Part shown: piece after piece, positions 1 to 13,167 of the stretch | How the letters are laid out: each line of letters opens with the position of its first letter | Position numbering within the stretch: the first letter of the stretch is position 1 | NCBI GenBank assembly: GCA_003427395.1 | Contig: BFEA01000031.1 | Coordinates: forward strand, 1,570,138 to 1,634,137 | Source of the DNA: Chara braunii | Lineage: Eukaryota > Plantae > Charophyceae | DNA length: 64,000 bases | Direction of reading: 5' to 3' | The notes under the pieces: model-generated | What the model was told of the DNA's origin: nothing | The model's database searches: none | The model's input: only the letters and a program-made list of their open reading frames with translations | Position numbers and translations under genes: made by a program

Positions 1-3000
1 GCCGGATTTTGAATCTGAGTAGCGGATTTTGAGCTATCGGAGATAGGGGCTTCGCGATATAAGAAACGAAGGCAGCCATGGCGGGAGTAAAATTCTAGTA
101 TTTCGCCTATACTCAATAGAAAGAGGTGAATGAAGATGCAAAAACGGGGTTTGGAGCCGCGATGAGTTGATTGGTGGTCTTAGTTTTGGTAGAGAGGCTT
201 TAGTTTTTGTGCTAGTGAAGGTAGGACCCGCGCTGTGAAAAATGGTTTGAGTGAGAGTCAGGTGGGAAAATTGATGAATATTTACGTATTCTAGCGAAAG
301 ATTCACTCTCGTTTTGATTTTTTTTTTTTTTTTAGTGGTGATTGCATGACCGTTCTGTTTATCATGGAAGTGCAAACATTATGTGTCTTCATCATAATCG
401 ATGCGATGGTCACGTCCTCATCCTAATCGCCATCTTCGTTTGTCTTACACTCATCTTAGTCAAGACACATAGATGCGTGCGCATGGGTTTGTGGCGGTCA
501 TCATGGCCTCTCAGAACGCTCAGACGAGGACCCTGTGCGCGTGCCTTGTGCCGTCTATAGGTGATTAGTGTGGTATTGTGTTGTGAAGAGACCAACGAGG
601 AGGTGTGTACACGCGTGAGTGAGAGGTGTGCATGGGAGAGAAAGGACGGAGAAGTCATATGTATTTGGCGATCACATTGCGGCATGTTCGGTGTTCGGTC
701 GCCCTCTAGTTTTTGCCTGCATCTATACAGCCTGCAACTCAACCGTTAATCATCGCCGGAAATGGAGGGACGGTTCTGCGTGGACCAAAAGAGTTGTGTG
801 ATTGTTGATAGTCATACTACGGCACACCAATTGGTCCGCAAAGGGTGATCCGCCCTCGAATAGATCGGCTAGTTTGTGTGCTCTCAGATGACTGATTATG
901 AGATTAGTCTCTCTCACGGGAATGGGTGGAACAAGCACGACGCGTTGCTTGATTTTGGCTTCGTTCATCGTATCACCCTTTTTGACCAGGTGTGATCAAA
1001 GAGTCTCAGAGTAGATAGGCGGGATAAGGCATGCGAAGGGGAGAGTGAGTTAACGCTTCTTGTCATGCCACGCACAAATGAATCAACCGCTAAGTTCGTA
1101 ATCCCTACTAGTTCTTACTCTATTGTTTTTTTGTCATAATTTTTGTCACCCCCGTTCAATGAGTCTATTTGATTTTGCGGTGGTATTCTTGATGTGATAT
1201 GATTAGTGACTGGTGATAATGTGAGTGAAGAACAAGAATTTGCGGAAGTTACACCCCGGGACTTACAGGTGCCTGTCTTTCATGCAATCTTCAAAATTAG
1301 TCGAGCTTCCGATTAATGACAACAAGAAGAGGGAAAAGAACTTTCTTGTGATTCTTTGTGGTGACGCAAGACTAGCCAGGTGGAAGTTTCAAGTAAACTG
1401 CGACTCAAACTATGGTTTTATCAGGTATTGCTATGGGAAAGATGCATATCGGGATGCCTGGTTGACTCGCTAATTAGCAGGGGAATTAGAGGTTTAGTTT
1501 GCATGCGTGTTGACAACATCTCTGTCGTTGTTCATGTGATTGTGAAAGCAGCGGAGCAAGTGATACACGATCAGACAAATTCTGCATAGAATGCCCATAG
1601 AGTGAGTAGCCCGAGATAATCACATACCTGATGTCATTGCTACAGACATCTGCACCGACATTATGAGAGAAGTATCAATCTGCAATTCCTTCGCTCATGC
1701 ACTCACTCAATAGTCTCGCTCCTTGTTTATTGTTGGCGTCGTCTGTTACAGACTGTTAAGGTGTAATGTGAGTTTGAACGGGTTTATGAGGTGTTTGTGT
1801 TACAAGGCTATCAAGAAAGTCCAGGGGGAATGTGTAGGCTTGAGTCTGATGGCATCACTCACCGGAGATTAATGAATACCAATGCCTGATAAAGTTTTGT
1901 CACCTTGCTTCGCATGTGTATCCGTGTGATCAGTAAGGTCGGGGGGGGGCTACCGCGTCCGTAGGGTCATGAACACTTTTGTGATCTATTGGAATTCGTG
2001 ATTAAGTTAGTGGACTCATAATTTGTTTCCGATCAAGCTATTAACTCAATTATCGTATTCACTCGTTTGTACAGTACCCATCATCCTACTTGCAAAGCCT
2101 ATGATTCTTGACTCGGAGGGATTTCTGTGGAACGAGACTAAAAGTGATATTCTAAGGGCACTCTGCCAAGAAAATTATTTTCAGCAGCCGGGTTTCTACT
2201 CCTTATGGCTCTCTTTCCTCTGAGCATCGCCTTTCATTCCTTTGTCGCTCAAATAGTTACTGAGAAAATTAGCAAGTCACGACTGATTTGCAGAGAAGCC
2301 TTTGGTTATGGCTATGTGTCTCTTTGTTGGCGCTGAGAAAACGGAGGGGTTCAGCCCTGACGTGATTAAGTGAGTACCATAGCCGCCTGTGAACAGGGCT
2401 AATAAAGAAACTCAACCCTGGAGATCTGTTTTTGAGGTTTTAGCGGGTTGGTACTTGTCTGCGTTGCTTTATGATCCAGTTGATGGAGAAAAAGAAGATA
2501 CTGCGAAGAGTTGCTTACCTCTTAGTTAAATTCCTGATCGATGGTGACTGAAGGACTTTGTTTCGCTTAACATTCAGACAAGTGTGTATGAACCCTCTCG
2601 TATCCCACGGTAATGAGCAGACATGAGATATTGAGAGGGTGGAAAAGGGGGTTTTCTGCTCTATACGTGAGACTGGGGAAAATGCTTGACCGGACCCAAA
2701 CGTTGTAAACTGACAGGATTAGCATCAGTAACTCCCTTGTGGTGCGTGTACGTATCGGTCTTACTTGACACCATGTTGTGCTGAATGCAGGTTGGGTTCA
2801 CGTAATACACTCGGGGGGTCGGCCCGTGTTAGTCATGGACCACACTTTATACCTGGATATCTTAATGCATACGAGGTCTCGAGCGAAAGCAAACTCGCGC
2901 TCGCGGTCTTAACGCCGAGTACAAAGTAACCTTGCAATCGAACCCAATGAATTGGGCTGGAGTGGATCAAATGCCTTGAGCTCCTCTAATAGGAATTAAC

Positions 3001-4259
3001 TGGATTAGACCCTGTAGTAGTATGCAGAATATGGATAAATCATACAACTCAAGGAAGTGCGTTTAATTTGTGTGTGGGCTGCTTGAGACGAAGTGCCCTG
3101 AGCAATACTGTTACGTGTGAGGAATCCTAGTGCTGGTCTTGTTTAGGCTTCAAAGTACCTTTCTACAGCTGAATGAACCGTAACCCTGACGGTACGGTGT
3201 TCGAAGCATTTCGTGCTCATTCACCGTTCAGGGTGTGACCTACTCCTAGTCAACAATGGCATCTTGAGAAAAGGAGGGGGAGGGGCCTGCATATTGTCTT
3301 AAGAGCAGACAATTATTGAGCCAGCATTAAAATTGATATGTGACTGATCCCTCTGGTCACCATCATCCGATCCGGAAAGACCCTGTCTTGTATGGACTAT
3401 TATCAGTAGTAAAAAGGCGGGCGCTATCTGAATTATTTGAGGCAAACGACTCATGGGAGCGCATGCCTTAAGTTGGAAAAGGGTCGACGTGATGCAGATT
3501 GCAGCGTGAATCAATTGCTACATGTTCCACTAACTGCCCCAACAACGAACGATTATTAGAGGGCGGATATTGTAGAGCAACCGCCCACGACCCTCTGAGT
3601 CACAGGCATCCTAACTCAAGAGGACGGACTAAGGGAAGCGAGGGAAAAACATTTTATAGCTAACTTGTGTAATAGGACGAAAGAGAGCAAACAAACGAAA
3701 AGGTTCTCGTGTGACAAGAGGAAAAATCTCAATCAAGCGTATGAGTCATCATTAAAATCAAGATTGTAAGGATTATCTATACAATTATGTTTTCCCAGTC
3801 TGTTGTCGAGATCAAGGCACGAGCTCCAGAAAGGAAGGTTTGCTTATTCTCTAGTGAATGACACCGCAAAGCATCTTGCATTTCGTCAAATAAAGTCTTG
3901 CTACCTAAGACATCCGGTGTCACGGCTCAGAATGAGCACCAGTAGGAGACACCCTATATTACAATGGGGAAGAGATGCAATGACCAAGCCACAATTGAAC
4001 TTCAATGTTAGTTCCAGTGACACCTTTGTGTTGCATGCAAGCAGAGCAAGGTCAATGGTCTGGAGCATACAAACAGCAAGCAAAAGGAAGCTATATAACC
4101 TTGGTTCTTATTGGTCGAGGACATATGGCGAGTAAACAGCCCAGACAGGGAAACCTAGTGATGTTCAGGTACAACAAAACAGTCGGAACCTAACAAGCCC
4201 CTCCCTGCTTTACTTTAACACTACGATTAGCATAACTCTTGCGTCTTCCCTTGGGAATC

Positions 4260-4505
4260 ATGCACAACGGTGATACTTTGGTGATGTCCTATGCAGATTA
4301 CCGAGATGTAGTAGAAGGATGGGAGGAAGAGGCATGTCGAGACATGGATTCTTATAGACAGATTCTACGAGAACATGCAGTCCAGATAGTCAAGGAAGAG
4401 AGGTATATAAAATATGTATTCTACTTTCATGGCTGTGACGGTAAGCTGCACAGCACAGGCTCATTCCTAGAGACAGTGGAGCAAGCTCAGATAAAACTCA
4501 AGTGA
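4260..4505 (+). CDS. Family A small ORF-B (81 aa), unknown function
   Basis: MHNGDTLVMSY...ILREHAVQIVKEERYIKYVFYFHGCDGKLHSTGSFLETVEQA aligns by eye with ORFs at 52586, 60954 and 61435. Confidence 0.65.
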   Translation: MHNGDTLVMSYADYRDVVEGWEEEACRDMDSYRQILREHAVQIVKEERYIKYVFYFHGCDGKLHSTGSFLETVEQAQIKLK

Positions 4506-4817
4506 GCACAAAGATATTGAAGTTTTTCCTGTCAACATTTCAAGCTTTAGACGGCATCCGACTATCGACAGGCTCATCAACATTCCATCTCTATGTGATC
4601 AGTGTCCAGTGGTGTATTACCCTTGTAGCATTTGGCCATTTATCATTCAGCACTCGGTCGGCATTCAAGCAGACATTCAATTATCCACCAATCGAAATTC
4701 AGTCACCTGAGTTACTCGAAACTTTCAGCCATAATCAATCCGTCAGAGATCAGTTTCGATCCGACATTTGCCTTTATCTAAAGACCTTGGATCTGTTTCA
4801 GGACCCGACATCAGCAC

Positions 4818-5456
4818 ATGAGTGCAATCCAGTCATTCCCAATTCAGCAGACGGTCTTGTCCAGCCTCAATAGGATTGCCCTTAAAGATGCTTTATCGTA
4901 CCGATATGTCAGTGCAGTCAGTTTCAGACAAGGAGACTTATTCATTCATGTGGTTCACGTCGAGTTTGCAGGCGGTACCGTTCATGACTTGAGGGCATAC
5001 TTGAGGAGGGGTAAAGAAACACATGAGTTTTTTGATTCAGACTGGGTCTCGGCAGCCAGGTATCTTAAGGAGAAAGAGAGAGAGTTTGACGAGAATGGTA
5101 CCAGGTTGATCCGTAGTTTTGGGCCCAACCTCTACACCGACTATCCTAAACCACCAGTGTCTTTCACTCTTACAAACAGCTCATGTTGGAGTGACCTGGT
5201 GGATCTAGCCAAGAGATACATCTCACCAGTGCAGATTGACTATGAGGCAGTGACAGAGCCCTCAGGGTTCCAACATCTCAGAAGAGGGATTTTCTCCAGG
5301 CCCTATCTTCCTACGCTACAGGAGGAGTTTTGTGTCATGGTTGATTTCCGTGTCATGGAACTTGGGTGGAAGTACTCAGAGCTTGCAGGCTTCAGGTGGC
5401 TCTACATTCAGATGGCCACAATCTCAGAGGGTACACAGGCATGGCTCAAAGCATGA
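4818..5456 (+). CDS. Family A ORF-C (212 aa, intact), unknown function
   Basis: Intact ATG-to-TGA ORF with collinear homologues at 53113 and 61893 (QTVL.SLN.I..KDA..Y.YV, GT.HDLR.Y, SFGP.LYTDY, LAKRYISP). Confidence 0.75.
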   Translation: MSAIQSFPIQQTVLSSLNRIALKDALSYRYVSAVSFRQGDLFIHVVHVEFAGGTVHDLRAYLRRGKETHEFFDSDWVSAARYLKEKEREFDENGTRLIRSFGPNLYTDYPKPPVSFTLTNSSCWSDLVDLAKRYISPVQIDYEAVTEPSGFQHLRRGIFSRPYLPTLQEEFCVMVDFRVMELGWKYSELAGFRWLYIQMATISEGTQAWLKA

Positions 5457-8400
5457 GAGACGCACTGCCAGATGAGAGATTGAGTATGTGACCTAGAGGG
5501 ATGAGTGAGGACTCTTGCCTAGTGCTGGTCGTGCTTGTTCATCTGTACTCCTTGAGATTACTATGAGTTCTCATTTTTCCCTCATTTCTTCTTGTCATTT
5601 GTCCGAGTCAGTCAGTCTTGCTTCTCTGCATTGCCCTTGCATGATGGTTGTTTTTTATGATGATCCATTCACAGTTCTCAAATTTAGTAAACTGACAGAA
5701 TTACGCATGCGTGACATTCCAATTTTCCGGTAATTATTATTTGCATAATTCTCTGTTGTTCTGAATCAAAATAAAAGATTCCAAAGACCGGGGACCGATG
5801 AAGATCGCAATTGAAAGGTCTCGCTCGAAGTCGGACACACACAACAGGAAGGGATTTGCTTTATTTTATTTATTTTTATTTATTGCAAACATCATACAAA
5901 ATCCTGCATGACAGCCTGTTGGCTTTCTGATCGCCTGAGGAGGCCCGACTAGAAAAAGTGCGACACCGTGCGTAAAGCACGTTACCGGCGCGACTACCTT
6001 CACAAGGGTATCCACCCTTGTTTTGCAAGTGACAGGAAATGGTCTTGAATTGGAAGTTAGGAGCGTTGCATAAGCCGCAGCCGAGTTTTCTTTCTTTGAC
6101 TAAGAGTGTGGGATTGTTTGAAGAAGTAGAGAATGTGTGGGCACGCAAGTTTGAGACGCACGTGATTTTTCTTTTTCTGGTATGAAGTGAATCGCCATTT
6201 CTGTCGAAGAGTTTCTTATTTTTTATTAAAGGTTTGATTCTAACGATCTTTTTTTATTCTTGATTGAGGAGCCTGTTTGTGACGAGCACACGCGCACAGA
6301 GGTGGGTTGCCATGGTGGGCGTCAAGTTTGACCGTCGGTGCCACGGTAGCTATTTAAGATGTTATTTGGAAAGACTTGGAGTCGGGCAACGTGCGGCACG
6401 GTAAGGTATTTTAGTTATCCGTAAAACAGGTATGGCTTTGACGTAGTGAGGGGCGTGTGCGGCGCGCAGGTTTGGTGTGAGTAGGGCAAGGCATGGGCTT
6501 GGGGCGTTTCAACGCGTCTATGTAGTGGGCGGAACCCGTTTATATTGGTTTCCGCAAGTGTCAGTGCTAGCCTTGGTCATAGCGTTATTGGTTATGTTGG
6601 TAGATTGCTACTATGGAGGTTTGGGGATCGAGGGCGGTATCCGACAACGAGGGAGCAGCGGTGTAGTTTGAAGGAACCGAGGGGTTGAGGGCTTGACAAG
6701 GCTATCCCCCTCTGTTTTATTGACGCCCCCGGGGTTGGGACCGATCAGTGGGACGAGGGGGTGCCGGAGGTCCCTCCCCCTCCTTCTCTTCAAGGGGTTT
6801 TTCTATTTTTATTTTATTTTATTTTATTTTAAACTTCTTTGTTCTGTCTCATTTTTCTTAGGGACCACTACCAGTTCCGGTACCGGGTCTGGGGCTGGTG
6901 TCGAAACCAATTGACTTAGCTCAATTGGTGCGCCTCAGAACTGTTGAAATACAGGTCTCAGTATGAATTCCATTGAAACCAGAAGAGTAAGATGCTGCAA
7001 ATATGAATTACTTATAACCGATCGGTCCCGTGGGCCTGACCATGGGAGTGCTACCAGTCATGGAACCGGGAAGAACCAGCAGACTCGTACAGTTGGTATA
7101 CCCATGAACTGTAAAAAATACAGACCGGAGTTTACCACAAATGTCATTTTTTTTATTATTATTTTTTTTAATTTATTTATTTTCGTTCACAAGAGTTCTT
7201 GCACAATTTGTGAATAGCGCCGTGTGACCAGCAAAGTACTAAATTGCCATTGTTGCAAATAGCTAGGGTTTGTCCCATCTAAAAAGGTACAGCAGCGTGT
7301 GACCTGAACCATGCACAAAACCTTGAATTGACCTGTCCCAAATCTGCATATTTTGCAGATTTGGGATCGCAGGGTGAGCATTCCGTTGAGACCAGAAAGA
7401 TGGTGGACCTTGCCTGGGCACAATGGGGCGGGTGAACCAGGGCGGAGGCCGCAGGCTGCAGCCGCGGTCACATAGAGCCCCTTCCGACTTCCATTTTCAA
7501 AAATTCTCATTTGAATAACTACCACAAAGATCTGTGTCGGGATCCGCTCCGCCTAGGCTCACGCTACAGGCTTCGAAACAGGGCGCGGCCAGGGGGAGGC
7601 TACGTCTGCTGCCCACGATCCGCTGTGAGAAGTGGATATGAGCATGCCTGTTGGGGTGGTAGTAGGGGAGCTACGCCTGGGCACAGCCGACCAAAGGAAC
7701 TCTGGTGGGGGCTGCAACAATGTTAGCAAGTACCAACTAGCCTAGCTAGGTTGGCACACTCACGGACTGTTGAAATGTAGATCAGAGTTCGATCCGGAGA
7801 AGGGGTCTACCTAGGTGTTGCTACGACCCCATCGTTTAGGCATCTCACAAAGTCCAATTTTTATTTTTAATTTTCTTATTTTTTCTCAGCCCCTCTTCTC
7901 CTTTTAGGAGCTGCACTGCATTTTTTTCTCTCGGCTGGATGGACCTTCTGCCTAGATTTGGGCAGATTCGTTCAATCAGGGGCAAATGGTAGTGGATGCT
8001 TCCTTGAGTGAATCAGGGGCAAATGGTAGTGGATGCTTCCTTGAGTGAGGCACAAGTAAGCTATGTGGACATGCTATTCTAAGCTATATAGGACAGCGAG
8101 GTCCGGCGACCAGGACTTTACTTCCATTTAGGTACTGAAGACTGTTGGATCGTGCGCTATCATCCGGGCATACTTTGGCTGGCAGGAGAGGCTCGTGGAG
8201 TAGCGGGCTACGAGGAAGAAGAAGGGGAGGAGACGATGAGGGAGAGGATCATGACGAACGGGAAAGGAGTGAGGTACCGGCTTAGAGGCAGGGCGAATCC
8301 AAGTACGAAGTTAAAATTTTAAATTAGATAATAAATGGTGAGATAGAAGGAGAAATGAGTGCGCGGAGGAGTCGAGAAGAGAAAAGAGAAGGTGAACAAG

Positions 8401-9412
8401 AAGAAAAAAAAAAAAGATCATATCTCGCCCAATTCCTAATGAAATTGAGCAAACAAAGGTGTTAATCGGAGGTTCTTAGACATTCCGGATCAAATGGCCA
8501 TGCCAGATTTTATATCTGAGCAACATATTTTGCGCTATCAGGGATAAAGGCTGCGCGACATAAGGACGAATGCGGTTATGGCAGGGACGAAAATCTTATA
8601 TCCCATCCCATACTCAATGAAATCGGGCAGGGAAAGAAGAGATTCCAGGGTTTTTAGATAGGGCAAATCCGTTGGAAGAGTTCGTTTTCATGATCAGTTA
8701 GTAGAATGGGAGAAAATGGAAAAACGGGGTGTGTGACAGTTGCGAAGAGAAGAATATGGTGTGGGAGAAAATGGTGTATCTCTCCCATTTATGAGTTAGT
8801 TTGGGCGAGGGAAGAGTCTACATTGGGGTTTTTGGGTATGATGAACGTAATGGTAGCATCGGATATCGCATCTGAGCAGCAAGTCGGCCAGGATCAGCAA
8901 TAAAGGCTGCGTGATTTGCAAGCGGGGACGAGTGGGAGATGGCAAGGCGGGGAGTGAATGTTTCAAGTATTACCGGTGGAAAGTTCATTTTCTCCACAGC
9001 GCTGCCTACCGTGTTCGCAGTTGTGGTGTTACTCGTCATATTTGTTGGTCTCAACCCCAATGCTTCGTTCTATAGTCTTGCTGCTAACAGTACGCATCTC
9101 TATCAAGACAGTGCTTATATGAAGATCCATAATCATGGGTGGTGACGAACGAGAGTGCAAGAGAGAAAGGAGCGCAGGGAGAAGGAAAGAGTAAAGGAGT
9201 CGAGCTATATACCTGGTCGGAGGCGAGCGGAACTGCGGATAACAAAGCAATACATCTCTCCATATTCTGGCGGAAGAGTTATTCTCTACACTTGGTGAGT
9301 CGTAGGATTGTTTCGTGTTGGTGCTTGCGTGTGTGGGGCTCGGTCTATCCGCGCTTATCTTGAATTACCAGAATCTGACCAAGGTCGCAGCAAGATCATG
9401 TGAGAACGGGAT

Positions 9413-9458
<46 letters not shown>

Positions 9459-10384
9459 CAGACAGACAGAGAAGGTACTTATCAAGAAAGGTAGGCAAGT
9501 TGGTGGATGCATCTTTCCACAATCGGAGGAAAGATTCATTCTCATAGCAGCAGGCGCACAAATCAAACAATGAGTAAGTACCTGCGCTGAGCAGAGAGGA
9601 ATGAATTTTGTCACGGTTATGATTAGATACACTAGATGAGGTAGTTAGAAAGAGAGAGAAAAGGACTCACCTGCTCGTCGCAATTCCAAAAGGGCTCACT
9701 TTCGTGATTACCAATGCCCGTGGTGACCACGTTTTTTTATGGGTAGTGAAGTGAGGTCACTGATAGTGCATGTAGGCTTATCATGACGGACACCATCTGA
9801 AAATGTTTACTACCTAGCTGACAAAGTGTCGCTTGATCCAGGGGAGGGACGTGCTGCTACTGTATTGCTGTTGAGGTACAGTGTGGGTTGCAGCAACATA
9901 CTTGACTGCTGATTTTTTTGGGCAACTGCTGGTCCATTCTGAATTGGCGTTGTGCTTCACTGCGCACCGCGAATTGATTGACTCATTCACACTGGCGGGG
10001 TTTTAGTTATAGCTACTGCGCACAACTGCGGTGCGCACTCCTCCCGCATTGCACCACAGTCGTCGGGGTGCCACAGGGATACGCCGAACTCTGCTAGGAG
10101 AGAAGTGACCCCCTCACTCCTCCCGCATGCATCCCTACTGAGCCTGCCCCTCCTGGAGCCGCCCCCCCCCCTGGCCTCAACAACCCCAAGGGGAGGCACA
10201 CGCTCAACCGTTACGGGAACCCAGGATGTATGGTTGGGAATTCAGGATCAGGTAGGCACCCTGATGGGTGGATCCCCGGTGCAGACCTGCAAAGCCCTAT
10301 GTACATCCGTGCCCCTGGAAGCATGCGCGCTCAGTGTGTGAGTGGTAGTGCGTCAACCTAACGCCTTGCCGACGGCATATGCAC

Positions 10385-10464
10385 GAGGTTGCGGATTTGA
10401 ACCTGCAACCTCAAACCACAATGTGCATTTCCAACCGGTGCCCTAACCACTGGGTCATCCGCCA
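10385..10464 (-). mobile_element. tRNA-derived SINE head or tRNA-like pseudogene
   Basis: On the minus strand, A-box-like TGACCCAGTGG (10457-10447) and B-box GGTTCAAATCC (10403-10393), the latter inside an 8-bp stem GAGGTTGC/GCAACCTC. No clean cloverleaf. Confidence 0.55.
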
Positions 10465-12010
10465 CTCACGTATTGTTGGATTTCACCTGCATTGTGAAAT
10501 AGAGCATTGGGGGTGTGCTCTATCCAAGCACGACCTTCCTAAGCTGTTTTTCCTGGCAGTGTTGTCATACTATATGGCAGTTGTTGTTGCTGATGCCAAC
10601 AAGATGCATTGTCAATTCAGAGGCTGCTAGACTGTGTAGTACTAAGCCACAAGTAGAGGAAGAAGCGGACTGAATAGCGAGAGGGAGAAAAGTTGGCAAC
10701 GGGAAGAGGATTGAATCAGAGAAAACAGAAAACGTACCCACATTTGGGCGCACCGTTCGCCTATCCCGACTTGCTGTACTATGATTCAACCTCTACTACC
10801 TTCAGTATGGGCAGCAGGTGGCTTGTTGGACTGTTGCTATTTTCCAAGTCAGAATAACAGTTGTTTTGACTGGCATGCTGTGTGGGTTACTAGCACTACT
10901 GCTAGGGGCTCGAAATACTGTTGTTGCCAATCCAGACACGTTTGCTACTAGTTTCCTCCGTGGCGGTTATCCTTGTTGTTGAACTGAGACTGTTGTCGCT
11001 CCTGAGCCTTGACTACTGATGTAACTTGAACAGCAGTAGCTACTACTTACCTACAGACCACTGATGATGAGACTGAGGAACTGCAGTCGAGATTGTACCA
11101 TAACTGAGTATTTCGCTAAGTACTATTGTAGCTAGGCTTCAAAATGTTGTTGCAGTGCAGTTACTGTGGTTGTTAGTTCACACTTGGCTGTTGCTGCTCA
11201 AACTCGGGCCACAGGTTTCACTCGCCCAACCAGAATGGTAAAAAGCAGTTAACGCCATAGCATCAGGCTGCTAATGCTAGGTGTCGCTAGGCTACTGATG
11301 CGATGTCGCGACACTGCAATTGAGTTTTCATGTGTGGTCATTTGCATTTAGTAGAAGCATAGCATTGTGTAGTTGCAAATGTTATTGTATTTTTGTTGTG
11401 CATTGCTGTGTATTATCATAGTATAGCGCTTGCAGAGCTTTTTGTTGGGCATGGTTTGATCACTGTACCCGGCTGCTGCTCGTGCGACCATTTTGCTCAA
11501 TAACGCTGCATTATCGTCTGCACTTCGAATAGAGCACGGGGATGGGCACTTCGAAAAACGAGTGTCCAGAGCTGTGTAGCTGCGGGTTGGTCAGGAGAGA
11601 CACATCATAGCTTTAGAAGGGTGATCAGACTTTGAAGAGGGATCACTGTTGCGGCTTGGAAGGCTGTCAGGTGTTTGTTATGCTGCATCTTGATCGAAGA
11701 TCTGAATTAAGTTTCACTGCGTTTATTGGCCACCATTGCGGGGCCCTCAGGCGCATGAAGATTTCAAGGTCCTCTCCTGCGAGTTGAGTTCGTCCCTCTC
11801 CTGTACCTCGAGGGTCTAAAACCCCTCCTTATGCCCTTCTTATTTTAAGTTTAGTCTGTGGTTACGAGAGGAAGGCGGCAGGCGGGGTTGCAACCCATAG
11901 GACCGCATCAAGACTCTGTGGGGAGTCTGCCCACCGATTGCGGGAGCTCCGACGGAACTCAGGAGGAGTTATGGAGGCAAGGAACCAAGAGGTAATTCTT
12001 CGACTCCTTC

Positions 12011-12016
12011 TATAAA
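12011..12016 (+). promoter_or_regulatory. Candidate TATA box upstream of the hairpin array
   Basis: CTATAAACC about 260 bp upstream of the first hairpin. Motif only. Confidence 0.35.
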
Positions 12017-12269
12017 CCCCAGCTAAAACCCTTATGAATACATCTCTTTATGGATGCTTGATTATACTACATCCATCCCTATGCACTTTGTGTTTGACTT
12101 TTCTGAACTAAGTCAGAATTAACAAAAGAAATGGATGCACAAACTTCAATTTTCTTCTTCTTTTGTTTGTTTGAAGTTAGATTGTGAAAGGGATGAACTG
12201 GGGGAAGGTGGGAGAAAGGTAGTTTTGCTTGCAATGATTGGGTCTCCTTTGTTTATTTTTATTTCCTCT

Positions 12270-12962
12270 GCAGCCAAGCAATGTGGCTTCGGTCAGGCAT
12301 GATTGTCGTATTGTTTGTGTTTCTGACAGTCAGACAATGTGACTTTAGTCAGGTCTGATTGTCATACCCCTGTAAGTTGTTAACTAAGCAACCATTCAAG
12401 TGACTTCAGTCAGACCTGGTTGTCGTGTTTATGGTAATTTGTCTGTTGAAAGGGTTTTAAGAGTTGGGTAATGTGGTTTTAGTCAGATTCAACTACTTGC
12501 TTCTTTATGAGGGAGGTTTGGACAGAGGACTGAGTAATGTGGCTTCGGTTTGGCTTAGTCTGAAGTCACTCGCATAAAAAGAAACCTATAAATATTATTT
12601 TTTATATGCATAAGTATTATACTTTTTACAGAACAAGCTAGTGAGATAATGTGGCTTCAGTTTGGTTTAACTATAGCTTATCACAGAAAGGGAAAGAAAA
12701 TATTAAATTAAGAATACAACAAATGTATTTTGAGACAGACTGAGCAAGGTGGTTTCGGTTTGGCCCAATCTTAGTCTTCAAAAGATTAAATAGATTGAGA
12801 GAGTTATTATAAATCTGGATATTAAACATTTAGCAGAGGTAGACAATATGGCTTCGGTTTGGTCTAGCTAACTGCCCAGAGAAGAAACAAGTAGGAGTGC
12901 CCTCTATTTTGTTTATACAAAGGTAAAAGGTTAAACAATGTGGCTTGGGTTTGGCTTAACCT
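12270..12962 (+). repeat. Array of 9 interspaced structured repeats (17-nt core AATGTGRCTTCRGTYWG closed by variable stems)
   Basis: Cores start at 12280, 12336, 12397, 12470, 12536, 12648, 12746, 12845 and 12937. Each is flanked by complementary arms. Confidence 0.9.
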
Positions 12963-13167
12963 CCTTATGCCATATGTAAGTTGGGGTATCGGGGTTTTAC
13001 TCAACTGAGAGATGATGAACTACTTGTGTGAAAACAACTTGGGAGGAACTGGTGAGAATACTTACTCATCGTGGTATGGACTTACATAAGGCTGAGTGTG
13101 AGCTCTACTTGTTCTGAGTCGTAGCTTTGATAGGTAGTGCTTTAGATGCTCACAATGTGCTGGAGCT

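Larger units (their letters stand above)
1..5965 (+). mobile_element. LTR-like unit family A, copy 1 (left end probably outside the window)
   Basis: Shares the ~80-aa and 212-aa ORFs and the ~175-bp terminus ending ...GTGCGACA with copies 2 and 3. Homology stops exactly after ACA at 5965. Confidence 0.65.

Noticed and set aside
5795-5822. Hammerhead ribozyme core (CCGATGA...GAAA)
   Set aside because: Not CUGANGA, and the other two copies lack both core motifs.
6907-6980. tRNA gene (TAGCTCAATTGGT A-box)
   Set aside because: No valid B-box or cloverleaf. Explained by a short palindrome.
8939-9145. 68-aa ORF with a hydrophobic segment
   Set aside because: Short, with no homologue in the window and no recognisable motif.
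12270-12962. Calling the array a CRISPR
   Set aside because: Eukaryotic context, no cas genes, irregular spacing, and only a short degenerate core is shared.
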